Shown: positions 24,472 through 38,176, numbered from the stretch's first letter. The stretch: 64,000 nucleotides of DNA from Pelomyxa schiedti (GCA_020536535.1 JAHLWZ010000423.1:62001-126000); one strand, 5' to 3'. A program made the numbers and translations. Notes: generated by a model from the sequence alone, not told the origin.

Positions 24472-26644
24472 TTATTTGCGTCTTCTCTTGGGGCTCTTCC
24501 TTTCTCTCTCGGGTTCATTGTCTCCTTCATCAAAGTTGATAGTTTTGCGCTTTGAGCCGGCTTCGCCATAAGAGTCCCGGGTTCCGAAGGATGAAGAAGC
24601 GGCGTGCATTGAACCACTGCCGATTTTGGCAAGTGCTTGTTGTTGCTTTGTGGAGTTCTTCACTTGATGAAGGAATTCATCCATTCCGAAGGGGTCAGCT
24701 TCCTTCTCGAACTCGACAGGGGCAGTGTGGGGCTAGGAGTGGAAAAGATATCAAACTCATGACATAAAAAAGAAGAATCTAACCTCAGCTGGTTTGGATC
24801 TATCGACACCAGAGAAGTCTCTTTCAGGGCGGAACCGGTCAGTTTTGGCAATGGTTTCCAAGTCCGTTTGACCATAGCTGTCATTATCTACATGAGGCCT
24901 ATAAACCTGCGTGGCGACACCGCTGCTCATTGGCTTTGTATACACATGATACTCTTTTTAAAACTGTTACCAAACATAAGAGTGGAAAAGGAGTACCGTC
25001 ATCATCTCCAAAACCAGAATCCAAGCCAGATGACTGGTTCAACAAACGCTGGTCTACAAGTACTTCGGCTTGCCCTGTTGTACCAGTTGGCGGAGCCTGC
25101 CCCAGAGCCATCTGTTCCGCTACATCACGCTGCTCATCACGATTGAATTTAGTATGTTTCCCCTTGTACGCCTCCATTCTGTACTCTCTTTCTCTCTCAT
25201 ATCTTCGCTCTTCACGTAACATATCTCGCTCTCGTTTGGCTCGGTCTTGTTCGGTGAGTTCCTTTTCTTCTCGAGACCCTGCTTTTACTGCGTCGGGAAT
25301 ATGTGTGCTCTCACTGCTGATACTCGTGGGTATATGCTCAGCGTGCTCAGTGTGATCAATGTGATCAGCTGACTGTACAGGTGTTTGGGTTGGTGCAACC
25401 CCACCTACTCCGGATCTCTGTAATCGTGCAGCATTGGCCATTTCACGCAACCTCTGCTCATTTTTCTCCTTCTCTTGTGTTCGCATTTTCTCCAAGATCT
25501 TTGCGCGCATAGCAACTTCTTCCCTTGCATTTCTCTCAGCCACGTACAGTGCCTCACTCAGTTTGGCAAAACCGTTGTTGATTGCTGGGTCCTGCAGGCC
25601 TCTCCCGTCAGCTGCTAAACGCTTGTCCAGTGGAATAGTGTAACCCTTATTATTCTTCCAATTTGAAATGCTAGGCGGTATCCTCCAAGCTTGTTGATCC
25701 TTCGCACTAATTTTCTTTTTTTTTTAAAGTAAAAATTAAACTTAGAAGAGTATTGTTAAGGAAAGAAAAACTTACTTTGGGGGGTGAGTGCATCACGGGA
25801 ACTGGGGGAGACGCAGGACCCTTTGGAATACGTTTTGCACGGAATTTAGGTGGTTCCAAGGGATCACGAGGCATCTCAACCATTCTTACTGTGCGTTGCA
25901 TGGCACCAGAGTTGAATTTTTCTCCGCGTTGTGATGGGGTGTACTTGAAGTAGGTGGGTGCACTGCGTTGTGGTGCTGGGTTGGAGGGGTGTGAAGCACT
26001 GATTTTGGAGCTAACTATTTTTTCGAGTGCCTCCTTTGTTCTCTTTGTTGTTTCAGCAACTTCCTAAGGTGTGTTAGTTGACCCTTCTCCATGTATTTAC
26101 AACACACTTCTTCTGATGGTTTAGCTAACTCCTGTGGTGTCAGCATAGAATAGTCCGTAAGAGCCAAACGCGTGTGCAACACAACCTCACCAGAGGCGGC
26201 AGCACCGGACTGATGATGGCCAAGCACAGCATCATACATTATTTTTCCAGACTCTGTATCTATTGAGAGCGGCACAGTCTGAGACGTGGCCCTGGCCTTT
26301 CTTCCCATCTCCAGAGGGTACTGTGCAACCAGAATTTCCGGGTACGCACCGCCATCGCCGTAGTCCTCCGGCTTCCTTGGAACGAAATTCGACCTCTGCC
26401 CATAAGGAGGAGGAGGGGGTCCAACTGGTCTCTTGGGAGCCAATGCTTCAAGCTCCTCGTCTTCGTCGTCGTCATCGTCGTCAGCGTCAATTTGTGGTGG
26501 TAATTCCACTTGTTTGGGTATTGGCAATACACTAATTGTTTTTTTATTTGTGTAGTGGTTTGTTTGTTTGGGTTAGGCAATGAGGGGAAAAAAAAGAAAA
26601 AAAAGGGGATGAGGATGAGCCACCGCGCACGTTGTGAGCGACAT
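24472..26644 (-). CDS. SNW1: SNW domain-containing protein 1 (SKIP/Prp45), spliceosome component
   Basis: MSLTTVLPIP (spliced); PPYGQRSNFVPRKPEDYGDGGAYPEILVAQYPLEMG; DPLEPPKF; SPPVPVMHSPP; IPPSISNWKNNKGYTIPLDKRLAADGRGLQ; PVEFEKEADPFG. Confidence 0.97.
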
Positions 26645-26866
26645 CCTTAAAATTTAACCCGATCGCTGTGATACTAGTATGTTGTTCTCAGTGTATTATG
26701 CGGAAGAAAAAACAACGACGGGAGGTGCGTGTCGTGGCACCTTGTTGGTTTATTATTTTTTTTTTATCTTTTTCGTGGTTAGAGATTTAGGGTATCAGAT
26801 CAAACAGGAATTTTCTTTTTTGTTTTTTTCCTTTCGTTTAGAAATGGAGCAGTTGCGGCGATTAAG

Positions 26867-29270
26867 TTAACTTCTGTGGGGGTGTGGTTTTGTGTAGGAG
26901 AGTACTGATACCTGTTGGAATTGTGTTAGTGCTAAGTGTATTAGAAGAGAATCAGATGCGTACATAGTTGTAGTCGTGATAGAATGGGACAGGAGTGCCC
27001 CTGGTTTTTGTAGTAGGTGATGTATTCCAGGATTGAGAATAAGTCTAAGGATTCCTTGTACAATTTCATACAAAGTTTCAGTTCTCCTCTCTTTTCTGCG
27101 GCCAGTGCTTCTTCTCCCTTTGTGCCGTTGATAAAGACCATATAAAAACAACAAAAAAAACTGCACCTTGTCACAGGCCCGACTGTACAGTAGTGCGGAG
27201 GTCCCTGGAAGCTGTCCACAGAAGGAGTTATTCCAGCACTCAGGGTATGCAATCGGCTCGCCGTCTTTGTTGGATTGGGTGATATTCGAGGAGAAAACGT
27301 TATTGCAATACCCAAGTCATTCCGTTGAACCAGTAAGTCAATTGCTATACCATGTTCTAAGCTAGCTTCCCTGACTTGATTAAGGGGTTGTTGGATTGTT
27401 TCGGTGGCAACTGTGTTCAATGTTGTAGCCCAGCGAATTATATCACCGGATGGTGCTAGAGGACATTACGGAATTCGTAATAGTGATTTGGGCAGCTCAC
27501 TTCGCAACCACTTGTGTTCAAATAATTTATCTTTTTCAATTCGGGAAAAAGGATTGCGCTGAAGGATGTGAGCTGAAATGCTGAAAAAGATTATCTACCT
27601 GCAACAGACCACGGACAAGTTCTCTACACAGACTAGAAGCACTGATTTCTGCTGGAAGTTGGTAGAACTCAGGTTCAGAGGCCCAGACAGGGAATCCATC
27701 TCCATGCCAGGGAAGATCCCCACACAACATCTTGCTTTTAATTATTATTGATATAACCTAATCAGACCTCTACCCTGTAGAGAATCAACCCTACACAGAA
27801 ATTGAATGTTTGTTATGGTATAAGAGGTAATACCAAGAGACCAGTAATCTACATTTGCTCCGTAATCGTCCGCAGTCATTACCTCTGGTGCCTATGATAT
27901 TTATTTACTACATAATGTGGTATGATTGTTACAACTTGGTATTGAAGGGTACAAACAAGACTGTGCATCTGGCCAGTGTTAAGTCGTGCAGATCCTTTGA
28001 CGCTTACCATTGCCAAGTAGAAAAGAAGGGATTACCAAAATCGGCTATTTTTGCAGTAAGAACACCATTATCCATATTCAACAGGATATTGTTTGGCTGA
28101 GGATATACATAAGCAAACAACCAAACCCGAGAAGTGATAAAGTACACACCGTTAAATCTCTGTGTACTGCAAAGTCATTATTGTGAATTGCTTGTAGACC
28201 AGAGGCTAAAAGGAATTACTTCTCACAACTGTAAATTGAAATAAACACCAATTTGCTTCATCAAATAATGGGCACCAATCTCAGAAAGCCTGTTTCCAGT
28301 TAAGTACGTCTCAAGATTGCCGAAATTCAAATATTCTAGTGCCATATAGAGGAATGTCTCCTTCAAACAGGTGAGGAATGTAAGGAGTAGTTGTGTGGTA
28401 CCTCTCGCTTTACATCAAATAAACGAACAACATTTGGGTGTGAGATGTGTTGCATGATTTCAATTTCCCGGTTAATCATTTCCGAGGCTTTATTGCCGCG
28501 GCATTCTAACATGTTCTGTATGTCAATAACTATAAAAACGATTAGTATTGCTGCTTAGTCGCTTTTGATAGCAGAACCTTTGACAGCCATAATAGCCCCT
28601 TTCCAAAGAAAAACACGGGCTGTGGCTCCAGTCCTTGTGCACTAAGTCACAACACAGGGGAAGAAGAAAGAAGAGTAACCGAGGACAACTGCAGAAGCAC
28701 AAACATAAGCACCACACACTACCCTATAATATTGTCCGAATCGCGAAGGACGCACAGGCCCAGCAGTGGGAACTGAATATGAAACAACGAGTCCGCCAGC
28801 TCGCAGGGCACTCCCCCTCCCCCTCCCCCAGTGCCGCCTCCCTCTGCTCCCCCTCCTCCCCCTCCCCCTCCCCCCGCCCCGTGGGCTCCGTATCCGACTC
28901 CCCCCGAGCTCCCGCTGCCTGTGGTGGTCGTCGACGTAGACGTAGACGTAGATGGCGGGGCGGCGGGCCGGGGCTGCGCCGTGGGGGCCGTGGAGGTGGA
29001 GTTCGTGTTCGAGATAGGAATAACGTCTGGTGTTACGTATGGGCCCGACGGCTGGAGCGCCGTGGGCTGCTGCGTGGTGCGTGAGGGTGAGGGTGAGGCC
29101 CGCAGGTGCTGCCCGGGGGATGGGGATGGGGATGGGGATGGGGATGGGGAGGGGGATTGGGAAGGAGACGGAGACGATTGGCGGTGCAAGGTGTTGCGGT
29201 TAGGGGTGAAGCGGGTGTTTGTGGGCGTTCCGCCGCCCGGAGGGGTCGGCCACTGCGGCGATGCTCGCAT
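26867..29270 (-). CDS. Ser/Thr protein kinase (CAMK/ULK-like) with SP/Gly-rich N-terminus and MIT-like C-terminal helices
   Basis: Spliced IIGTGATARVF, MAVK, REIEIMQHISHPNVVRL, HRDLT|PNNILL, KIADFG, APEVM...DYWSLG, MLCGDLPW. Tail EEALAAEKRGELKLCMKLYKESLDLF. Confidence 0.9.
29116..29157. repeat. (GGGGAT)n hexamer microsatellite encoding an SP dipeptide run in the kinase
   Basis: Directly visible tandem hexamers. Confidence 0.9.
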
Positions 29271-29609
29271 ATTACGCTGGTGTTGCGTTGTGTTGTGTTA
29301 CGGCCGGTTTGGACTGGCTAGAGTCGATGGGGGTATCACGGTGCTTCTGCGTTGCTTTGGGTTTCGAGGAACTTGGCCGCCGGCGGGGAATCAAGTTGGG
29401 CTGGTTGTGCTGCGGTGAGCAACGGAGTTGGTGCCTTCCAACAGCGGCTTTTCGGCGCTCTGGATTTGATATTGCGAGAACCGGTCAATTGTTCGCTCAT
29501 TTTCTTTTTTGGTTTTTGCTTGCTTATGAGTCACACTGCTTGCCCCGACGACCACGCCGCGAATTCATTTATTTTTAATTAACCCGAACGACCAATACCG
29601 ATCGCAAGC

Positions 29610-30423
29610 ATGTGGCTAGCCGGGCTGCTCTTTGGCGAATCTGGAACTTTCGGCTGGGGTGCACAAGTGACGGCGCTGTGCTGCCTTCACATTGTAGCCA
29701 ATCCCACTCTGTGGAACACCATCGGACACGCTGAGTACAAACGGCGTTTCGTATCCAAATTTTTTGGTGGAAAGAGGAAGGTTGCCTGCTTGGCCTTTGC
29801 CGCCTTCGTTTTTGGAATCGGAATTACACGCGATATGCTGTGTGTCTTTCCTTTTTCCTTTTTCATTTTCTGAGTTGACCATAAAACAAACAGCTACTCT
29901 TATGTGGTTTCTGTGAATCCCAAAGTTGAGGTCATTCCTCACAGCACCGCGGTATTCGTGGCAAGGTTACTTTTTTTGATCGGCACAACACTGGTGTTCT
30001 TCTCGTTTTATCAGTTGGGACTTTATGGAACATACCTTGGTACTCCCGAGTAGTGGTTCCCTCCCAAACTAACTATTCCAAAGGTGACCACTTTGGAATG
30101 CTGCTACCTGCCAAGATAACTGCTTTCCCATTCAATGTTATGAGTAGCCCTATGTACAATGGGTCAACAATTAACTTCCTTGCTACTGCCATTTAGTATG
30201 ACTTGCGCAATTTTTTTTCTCCCACTTAGAATTTCTACAGTTATCAGTCACCAGTTGGACTGGTATTGACTGCTTTTGTTTTTATTGTGTACAAAATCGC
30301 CATTATTTATGAAGAGTGAGTGCAACCCACCCAATATTGCATTCTTTCTAATATATTTCCAGTGATTTCACCAACATGATTTACTCCAACGCAGCCAGCA
30401 AGAAGAAGAAAAAAGTACACTAA
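29610..30423 (+). CDS. PEMT: Phosphatidyl-N-methylethanolamine N-methyltransferase (PEMT/Opi3 family)
   Basis: IVANPTLWNTIGHAEYK; LGLYGTYLG|DHFGMLL..ITAFPFNVMSSPMYNGSTINFL; YEE|DFTNMIY; basic C-terminus. Confidence 0.93.
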
Positions 30424-30590
30424 ATGTGCCCAACACACCTGTTCTTAATGGGACTTAATAATTACTTCTAAACGAACTTTGTTTTGACGCCACGTCCAAG
30501 ATTCAATTCCGTTGAGCATTTCCTCCGTGCTCCTTTTACAATCTGGGAATTCTTTTTTCCGTAATTGATTTCACTTAAGATTGGGCCACC

Positions 30591-33500
30591 ATGAAATCAG
30601 GCAAGGCACGCAAGCCCGCACGCGGATCCGACAGTGGCTCCTCGTCGTCCTCCCGCAGCAGCAGAAGCAGTTCCACAACGAGCAGTAAAGTCAACAAACG
30701 AGGGCGTACCAGTCCCAGTCCCAGTCCCAGCCCCAGCCCCAGCCCGAGCCCGAGCCCGAGCCCCAGTCCAAAGAGCACAAGCACAAGCAGAAGCAAAAGC
30801 AGAAGTGGGAGCGAAAGCTCTGAGGGGAACAAGGGCGGCCGCGGCCGTGCGGGGCGTATGCTGGCTAGTGCCAAAGTGGCCAAGGCGGTGGATACCACTC
30901 CCAAAGTCGGGACCGGGGCGCCGGCTGCTGCCCTCACAACGGCGACCACAAGCAGCAGCACCGCAACCACGGCGGCGGCGGCGGCGGCGGGTGGAAAGGC
31001 CCCTCTGGCTGCGGACGCGCCCAGGCCCGGAAAAAGGGGAGCCAAGCACCCCCGCAGCAGAAGCAGGAGCAGGAGCAGGGGCAGGAGTAGAAGTGGCAGC
31101 AGTAGCAGTTGGAGCAGCACGAGCACGAGCAGGAGCAGAAGCAGCAGCAGCAGAGGGAGCTACGGTAGGAGAAGAAGGCGAGGAGCGCGGAAGTCGTACT
31201 CAAGCAGTGGCAGTAGTAGAAGCAGCAGCAGCAGCAGTAGTAGTAGGAGTAGGAGTGTGAGGAATAGAAAAGGTGGAAAACCGAGAAGTACTAAAGCCGC
31301 CGGTGGAATTGCACCGTCGTCGGCTAGCCCTGCCCCTATTATCCCTGACATCCCCCCTACGGTACGCTAAATCGCCCGTGGAATCCTTTTTATGACATCG
31401 GGCTGCAGGAAGAAGAATTGAAAACTGTTGGTGGTGTATTTAGAAACACAGCCATTACTCATAAAAAGGAAGTGGCCCTACGGTAAGGGAATGGAAATAC
31501 CAAATCTTGTAACCAAATCCAGCCACAAAAATTCAGCCGGGTGGACAGATATAAATTGGGACCAGTATCTTACAACTGCTATCAGAGTTGCCAAATCCTT
31601 CCATGCAATGAGTGGTATGTAGCAAGAAAAATACACTTCCATCTAAAGATGCTGAGGTTCACGTTCTGGTAGCACTGGACCAATGTCAATTAACATATGT
31701 TGCCTCAATTGCCTCCAGGTGAATAATTCTCTCTTTCGGGCAATAATACTACCTACTATTGTGCTTCATATTAACATTGGTGCAGTGGTACTATGTAAAT
31801 GCTGGTGCAATACTCGCCAATGTTATCCCCGTTTCTGTACCATTCCGGTTTTTAGCAGGTTCATGCATTAGCGTAGCGACCCAGACTTCGGCTTCAATTG
31901 TATTTGTGGATACGGATGAGCAGTATGAAAAATATGCCGCCCTTACAAAGGTCCTTCCTACAGCAACGATTGTCCGTCTTGGAGATGCTGATGTAATCAA
32001 TCCACTTACCCCACAGATCCTTTACTTTTATTAGGTAGACCGGAAAAGGAATACGATCAACTGGGATACGTTCCTTAGTATTGGGGAAAAAGTTGCTACA
32101 GAAACCGTTCTTCATCACAAAAAACCTGTTCTCCCAAGTAGTCCTTGTGCAGCTATTGCAATTGACACCACTGCCGCATCCTCCGTGGCCATACACTCAG
32201 CTACAGAAACAGCCTCTAAAGCTTCCACAACTACATCTGGGATTAAGAATTCTTTAATAGAACCTAAATGTTTGATGTACAGTCACCAGAACGTTTTGAC
32301 AGCGGCACACCTATGCTGTTCTAACGTTACGCTCCAAAGCACTGAAAAAGGAATATGCTTCTTGCCGTTGTCGTATCTCCCCATCGTTCTCAATCTACTG
32401 CTAAAAATATACAAGGAGCATTGCAGAACAAGTTGGCTCCTTTTATACTCACATTCTACTGGGGCACTCTGTCGCTCTCGCACCAGTAGATGCATCCATG
32501 GTGTGTATTTCTCTACAAGAGCGAGTTTCCTCACAGATGGCAGACAATTTCTACACTCATCGAAACCCTCGTTGCTGTTAAACCCACTATTTTCGTTTCT
32601 GTGTTGCATATCTGGAATAAACTTGCCAAATGTATGAAACAAATTATTGAAGGAAAATCTCGGGCTGCCCAATCTCTGTATGGATGGGCCGCAAAGAAAG
32701 AGTTATTATTTCTACAAGAGCACCAGCAGCCATTACCTCCTTGCTTCGCCCATAACAAATTCTCTGTACCACTACAACAGGCACTGGGACTGGATTCTAT
32801 CCGTTATTGTGCCATGTACGGAAGCCTTCCCTGTAGAGCAAATGAGACTGAGCATCCAGGTGAGAAGATAGCTAACACATTTCATTCTATTGGAGTGCAT
32901 GTAAATTACTGCTTCGGTATAAAGACAATGACTAATAAATAAGAACTCATTATTACCTTAGGTGTTCCTGAGACAACTGGGCTTTTGTTTGCCTCAAAGC
33001 CAGATATATTTCATCCAAATAGCGTAGGTGTGGTGATGGACAGTGATATCACTGTAGAGATATCCAACGGGGAGCTGCTTTGCCAGAGTCCAACAGTGTT
33101 TGTGCGTGTTTTCTACTTGTACATCTTCACTCATAGTGTTCAGATGGGCTATTGGGGAAATCCCACTCTTACAAACCAAGTTAAACTGTCACCTTCTAAG
33201 ACACGTACTGGCTATATTGCTGAGGTTAGTTTGCCAACTACACTTCCTTTCAAGGCTCATGCCATCCTGTTCCTTTTTTTTCTCTTGGAAAATAGCGTAT
33301 AGCCCCAAAGTCTGAGCTTTTTCAAATTACTGGCACGACTTTTGGAGTTGCTGAAACAACCGGTTGTGAAATTGTAGACCCCTTACCGATAGAACAGGCC
33401 ATTTTGTTGAAGTCCCCTCAAACAAAGCACGCCCTCGTCGCTGGGCATGCAAGAAACTATTTATGTATCTGAGTTTCTATGGGTAAAAGATATGCTTACA

Positions 33501-33943
33501 AGTGGTAGGTGGCGTCTTATTCTGTTCAAATGCAGACGACTCAGAAAGGACCCACTTCGAGGAAACTCTGCGTTCAGGTTTACAGTTTTTCAGTTTTCGT
33601 ACTCTAGTTAAGGCCACTCAGCTGTAGAAGCAGTAAATGAGACTCTTCCCGAATCATGGAAAGTGAAAAGAATATGTGTTATAACGAAACGGGCAGCATC
33701 GTTTCCACAAACCGTCAAGGTTCTCTCCACTGTTAAAATCTCTTATGTCTGACAGTGTTATTGCAGCCGGAAAACAGAGTTCTTTTAGAAAAGAAGTACC
33801 ACATGGTAAGGCCACTGTTACCCCCAAAAAGTACACTCACACAAACACAGGCTCTTGAGAAACTCTACACAAAGCCACCAATAGGTATTATCACCCAAAC
33901 TAGTTACTATACTCACACAAAAAGAATCCAAAGCCTAAGATGA
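30591..33943 (+). CDS. Degenerate long-chain acyl-CoA synthetase (ACSBG/bubblegum-like) with ~250-aa RS/SP-rich N-terminal extension
   Basis: WTDINWDQY..RVAKSF; PKCLMYSHQNV; ICFLPLS; LVAVKPTIFVSV..IWNK; ALGLD; GELLCQSPTVFMGYWGN; DPLPIEQAI. Catalytic motifs are altered (see findings). Confidence 0.75.
30710..30769 (+). repeat. Degenerate hexamer repeat (CAGTCC/CAGCCC/GAGCCC) encoding (SP)n
   Basis: Directly visible. Confidence 0.9.
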
Positions 33944-34095
33944 TTCACTATCGATGCCCTCTATCTTGCTGTAAAAAAACCCCACAAACAATAGAAATTT
34001 AGAAACCGCCCTAAACTGCCTGCCCAATGGGCATTGGGAAAAAAAAAACGCCGAACTTCCTTCAGCTCCAAGAAAAATTAAAAAAACAAACCAAA

Positions 34096-37000
34096 ATGAC
34101 AACGGAGAGTGGGTCGTCGGCAATGCAGATCGATGATGCTCTGTACAACAGACAACGTTATGTACGTATACAAGTTTGTGTGCTTGTGGTGGCTGTCGAG
34201 ATCTTGGTAATTCTAGTGCCGGGATTAACGGTTGCGTTGGGATCTTCGTGATAGGTGTTGGGAGACAATGCAATGAAGAAAATGAGTGTCTCTGATGTGT
34301 TCATTAGCGGTTTATCTGGTCTTGGCGTGGAAATAGGTATGCCTATCAATTTGGTATCTTGTCTTTTATCAACGTACCTTGCAGCCAAAAACGTTGCTCT
34401 GGCTGGCGTTAGGTCTATCACCCTTCATGACACAGTGCTCACCTCCCTTCACGACCTAAGCACACAGGTGCCGGGCTTCACATTGTACTAACACTACTCA
34501 CATTTAATAGTTTTTCCTAAGCGAGAAAACTCTGGGGCAAAACAGAGCAGCTGCCAGTGTTCATCAGCTTGCTGAGCTCAATCCCTACGTAAAAATGCTG
34601 ACAGATCGTCTTGGAGAACCCCTCGACACGTTGCCCCTGAGTTACTTCGAAAAATACACTGTACCAATTCTTTATTACCATCTAACTTTTCTAAGCACTC
34701 CAAAATACACATAAAAGGTTGTGGTACTGCTCGACTGCCCTCTTGCTACCCAACTCAAGATTGATGCTCATTGTCGTGCACACGGGATTGGGTTCATCAG
34801 TACTTCTGTGAGAGGTGTGGTGTCACAGTGCTTTGTTGATCTGGGAACATCGTTCGCTGTTAATGATAAGGATGGCGAAATGTGCAAAGAGTTCTTTGTG
34901 GGAAGCATCACTCCCGGAAATCCAACTGTTGTAACTTGCCTGCCTTATGAACGACACGACCTTGAAACTGGTGACTTGGTGCAATTCAAGGAAATTGTGG
35001 GCCTAACGAAATTGAATTCGGAAGTTCATCGCATAACTGGTGTGCCAGGGTTTTTCTAGCTATGTATTTACTAAATTTCCAAAGTTATCAACCCCAACTC
35101 TTTCTCCATCCCTGTCGATACCACTGGTCTAACTTACACCTCTGGTGGCATGGTAACTCAAGTTAAAGACACCGTCATGGTTTCCTTTGTAGGCGTTCTA
35201 CTTTTTCCCCCTTTTCATAAACAAAATAATCCAATTTCAGTCTGACCTTGCCACCTCAATGGATAACCCTCGATTAACCATGTTTGATACTGCCAAGTTC
35301 GATGCGCCGGCCATCTTCCACGTGGCGTTTATGGCTTTGGAGCAATTTGCTGCAGCACACGGGGGACAGCTTCCCCGCCCCTGGAATAGGGATGATGCAA
35401 CTGAGGTGATGACTCTGGCTACTGCTTTCAATTCCAGAACCCATCTGGTGGGTTGATTTTCCTTGTTCAGGAACCTAGCTAAGCTCAAGTAGGTTCCCAC
35501 ACTTCCTGAAAATATGATAAGCCAAGTATCTTTCACTGCAATTGGACAGTTCCAGCCAATAACTGCATTCATGGGTGGTGTCGTCGCACAGGAAGTTATT
35601 AAAGCCGTTACTGGGAAATTCACTCCACTTAATCAATGGGTTTGTCCCCTCTTGTCGTGAGCCTTTCTGACAAATGTTAGCTATATGCTGACTTCTTAGA
35701 AGTACTGCCTCCTCTTGACACTGATCCTTCATTATGCGTGCCCATCAATAATTTCTATGATGCGCAGCGTGTGTGCATTGGACAAAAGAGCATAGATCTT
35801 CTTCTTCATAGCAAATCGTTCATGGTTCTTCTCTTTCCCTTTTTCATGCAAACGCACCTTTTTACACTTTTACAGGTGGGTGCAGGAGCTATTGGCTGTG
35901 AAATGCTCAAGAACATGGCGATGATGGGCATGGGTGCTGGTGATGGTGGCCATGTTACCATCACGGACCCGGATCTTATTGAAAAGAGTATGCTCCCTAT
36001 ATCCCATGTATGCTTAGTTCTAATTATCGATAGGTAATCTGAACAGACAATTCTTATTCCGCCCAGGCGACATTCAGAAACCTAAATCCACGTGTGCAGC
36101 TTTGTCTGTGAAGAAAATGAACCCAGCACTACACGTTGCGTCTGCCCTTGACAAGGTACAATCAATTCTATGCCACTTCCTTACGTTTCCAGATGGAGCC
36201 AGCTAGTGAAAACAAGTACTCGGATACATTCTTCCAATCCCTGGACGTTGTTATCAACGCTCTGGATAATGTAGCAGCACGATTGTACATGGACAGTCGA
36301 TGTGTTGCTAACGAAAGACCGCTCCTTGAATCTGGCACTCTCGGCTCAAAGGGGCATGTCCAGGTTTTCTTTGCACTACTTTTGCTTGTCGGAATGTTGT
36401 AATCGCAAACTTGCCCTAGGTTATTGTACCACACCTCACCGAGTCCTATGCCTCACAGCATGACCCTGCTGAAAAAGATGTTCCCCTTTGGTATATCTTT
36501 GATATCAATGGTTCCTTTCTTATAATCTTAGTACGATTCACTCCTTCCCCAATAACATGGATCACTGCATTCAATGGGCACGAGACAAGTTCGAGAAACT
36601 GTTTGTTACTTCAGCCAAAGATATCAAGAACGCTTTGGAAGATCCCCTTTTCCTCGAGGTATTGAAGAAAAGTAACCAATAATAGTCACAGTGTCCTAGA
36701 AAACCAGGAATGCAGGGCTCGCACAGTATGCAATTGTAAAGAGAATTTCCAAGGCCCTTTCCCACAAACCAACTTGCATGGAACACTGCATTGCAATGGC
36801 CCGTATTAAATTCCAGAGCTTTTTCTTCAACATCGTGAAGCATCTATTGGCTGCTTTCCCACTTGACATGAAATTGAAAGATGGCAGTATGCAAAATTCC
36901 TAAAGTTAATGACCTTCTCACGCTTCATTTAGCACTTTTTTGGACAAATCCCAAACGACCACCAACACCCATAGCTTTTGATCCCACGAATCCGACGCAC

Positions 37001-38176
37001 ATAACCTACATAAGAAGTGCCGCACACATATACGCAAATGTCTTTAATGTGACAGTAACCCCAATGCCTGATGATTTCATTGCTCAGGTAATTTTTTCAA
37101 TTGACTTTTTTGAAGGACTTCAACTATGTTAGGTTTCGGCATCTGTGGCGTTACCAGAGTTCCGATACAAATCTGGAAAGAAAATTGTGACAGAGAAAGA
37201 TGACTCTCCTTCAGCCGCTACCCCTGCCCCAGAAACGTCCTCCTTACCAAATGAACAAGAGTGGGAGGTGATGTTAACCCAACTGTCCACAGCAATTACT
37301 GCTAACCGCGGATCGGTCATCAATCCACAAACGTTTGAGAAGGTACGACCAAACTTTCCTGGATCCATGGGTAATGCAATACTTGCAGGATGTTGACGAA
37401 AACGGCCATGTTGACTTCATTTGGGCAGTTGCTAACGTCAGAGCACAGTCTTACAACATTGCACCTAGCGACAGGATTACCACCAAGAGAATAGCAGGCA
37501 AGATTGTACCTGCTATTGCTACCACAACTGCTGCTGTTTCTGGATTGGTGATGATCTACCCAACTTTCTTTACCTACTCACCTGAGTAAAGGTTATGGGC
37601 GAAATTGTCAAGGTACTTAACAGAATGCCACTTGGTGCGTACAGGAATGCCTTTATGAATTTGGCCATACCTTGTTTCGCCTTGTCTGAGCCTGGCGAAG
37701 CCAAGAAGACTAAAATTACCGGCACCTTATCAACTACTGTACATCCCCAACTTTCTCTAGCAGTCCTTCTAATTGAATGTCCCTAGATTTGGGATAGTTG
37801 GGCAGTGAAAAAAGGTGACATCACACTCAAGGAGTTTTGCGATCACTTTAAGGTTAACATTGTAAAGTTTGCCAAACCCTCTGTACTTACCGTGGTTCAG
37901 GAAAAATTCAAGTTGACCGTAACAGGTGTTGTGCAGAAGGCTCGAATGATCTATGTGTACATGCCAGGTGCTCCACTCCCCATGTACCAACGGAGACTCA
38001 CACAGAAGTACCATTACCATTGAAACCAGTTCCCCACTAACAACAAAAAAACCACAACCAGGATGAGTGCTCTTCTGCAACGTGAACCAAACCAGGGTTA
38101 TGTTGACCTCGTCGTCACTTTTGCAGACGAAAACAACGCCGACGTAAACGGTCCTGCTGTTCGCTTCCACTTCTAA
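34096..38176 (+). CDS. UBA6: Ubiquitin-like modifier-activating enzyme E1, UBA6-type, about 20 introns
   Basis: [56 protein letters not shown], catalytic VPLC|[23 protein letters not shown] and [16 protein letters not shown]. These wordings match UBA6 rather than UBA1 (YSRQLYVLGH, TDMDTIE). Confidence 0.85.

Noticed and set aside
24093-24539. ORFs 24093-24419(-) and 24141-24539(+)
   Set aside because: Non-ATG starts, no recognisable protein features, and one overlaps the SNW1 3' end.
28635-31351. Long overlapping antisense or alternate-frame ORFs in GC-rich low-complexity exons (also 42845-43858 and 60007-60798)
   Set aside because: By-products of GC-rich repeats that lack stop codons; one frame in each case explains the gene.
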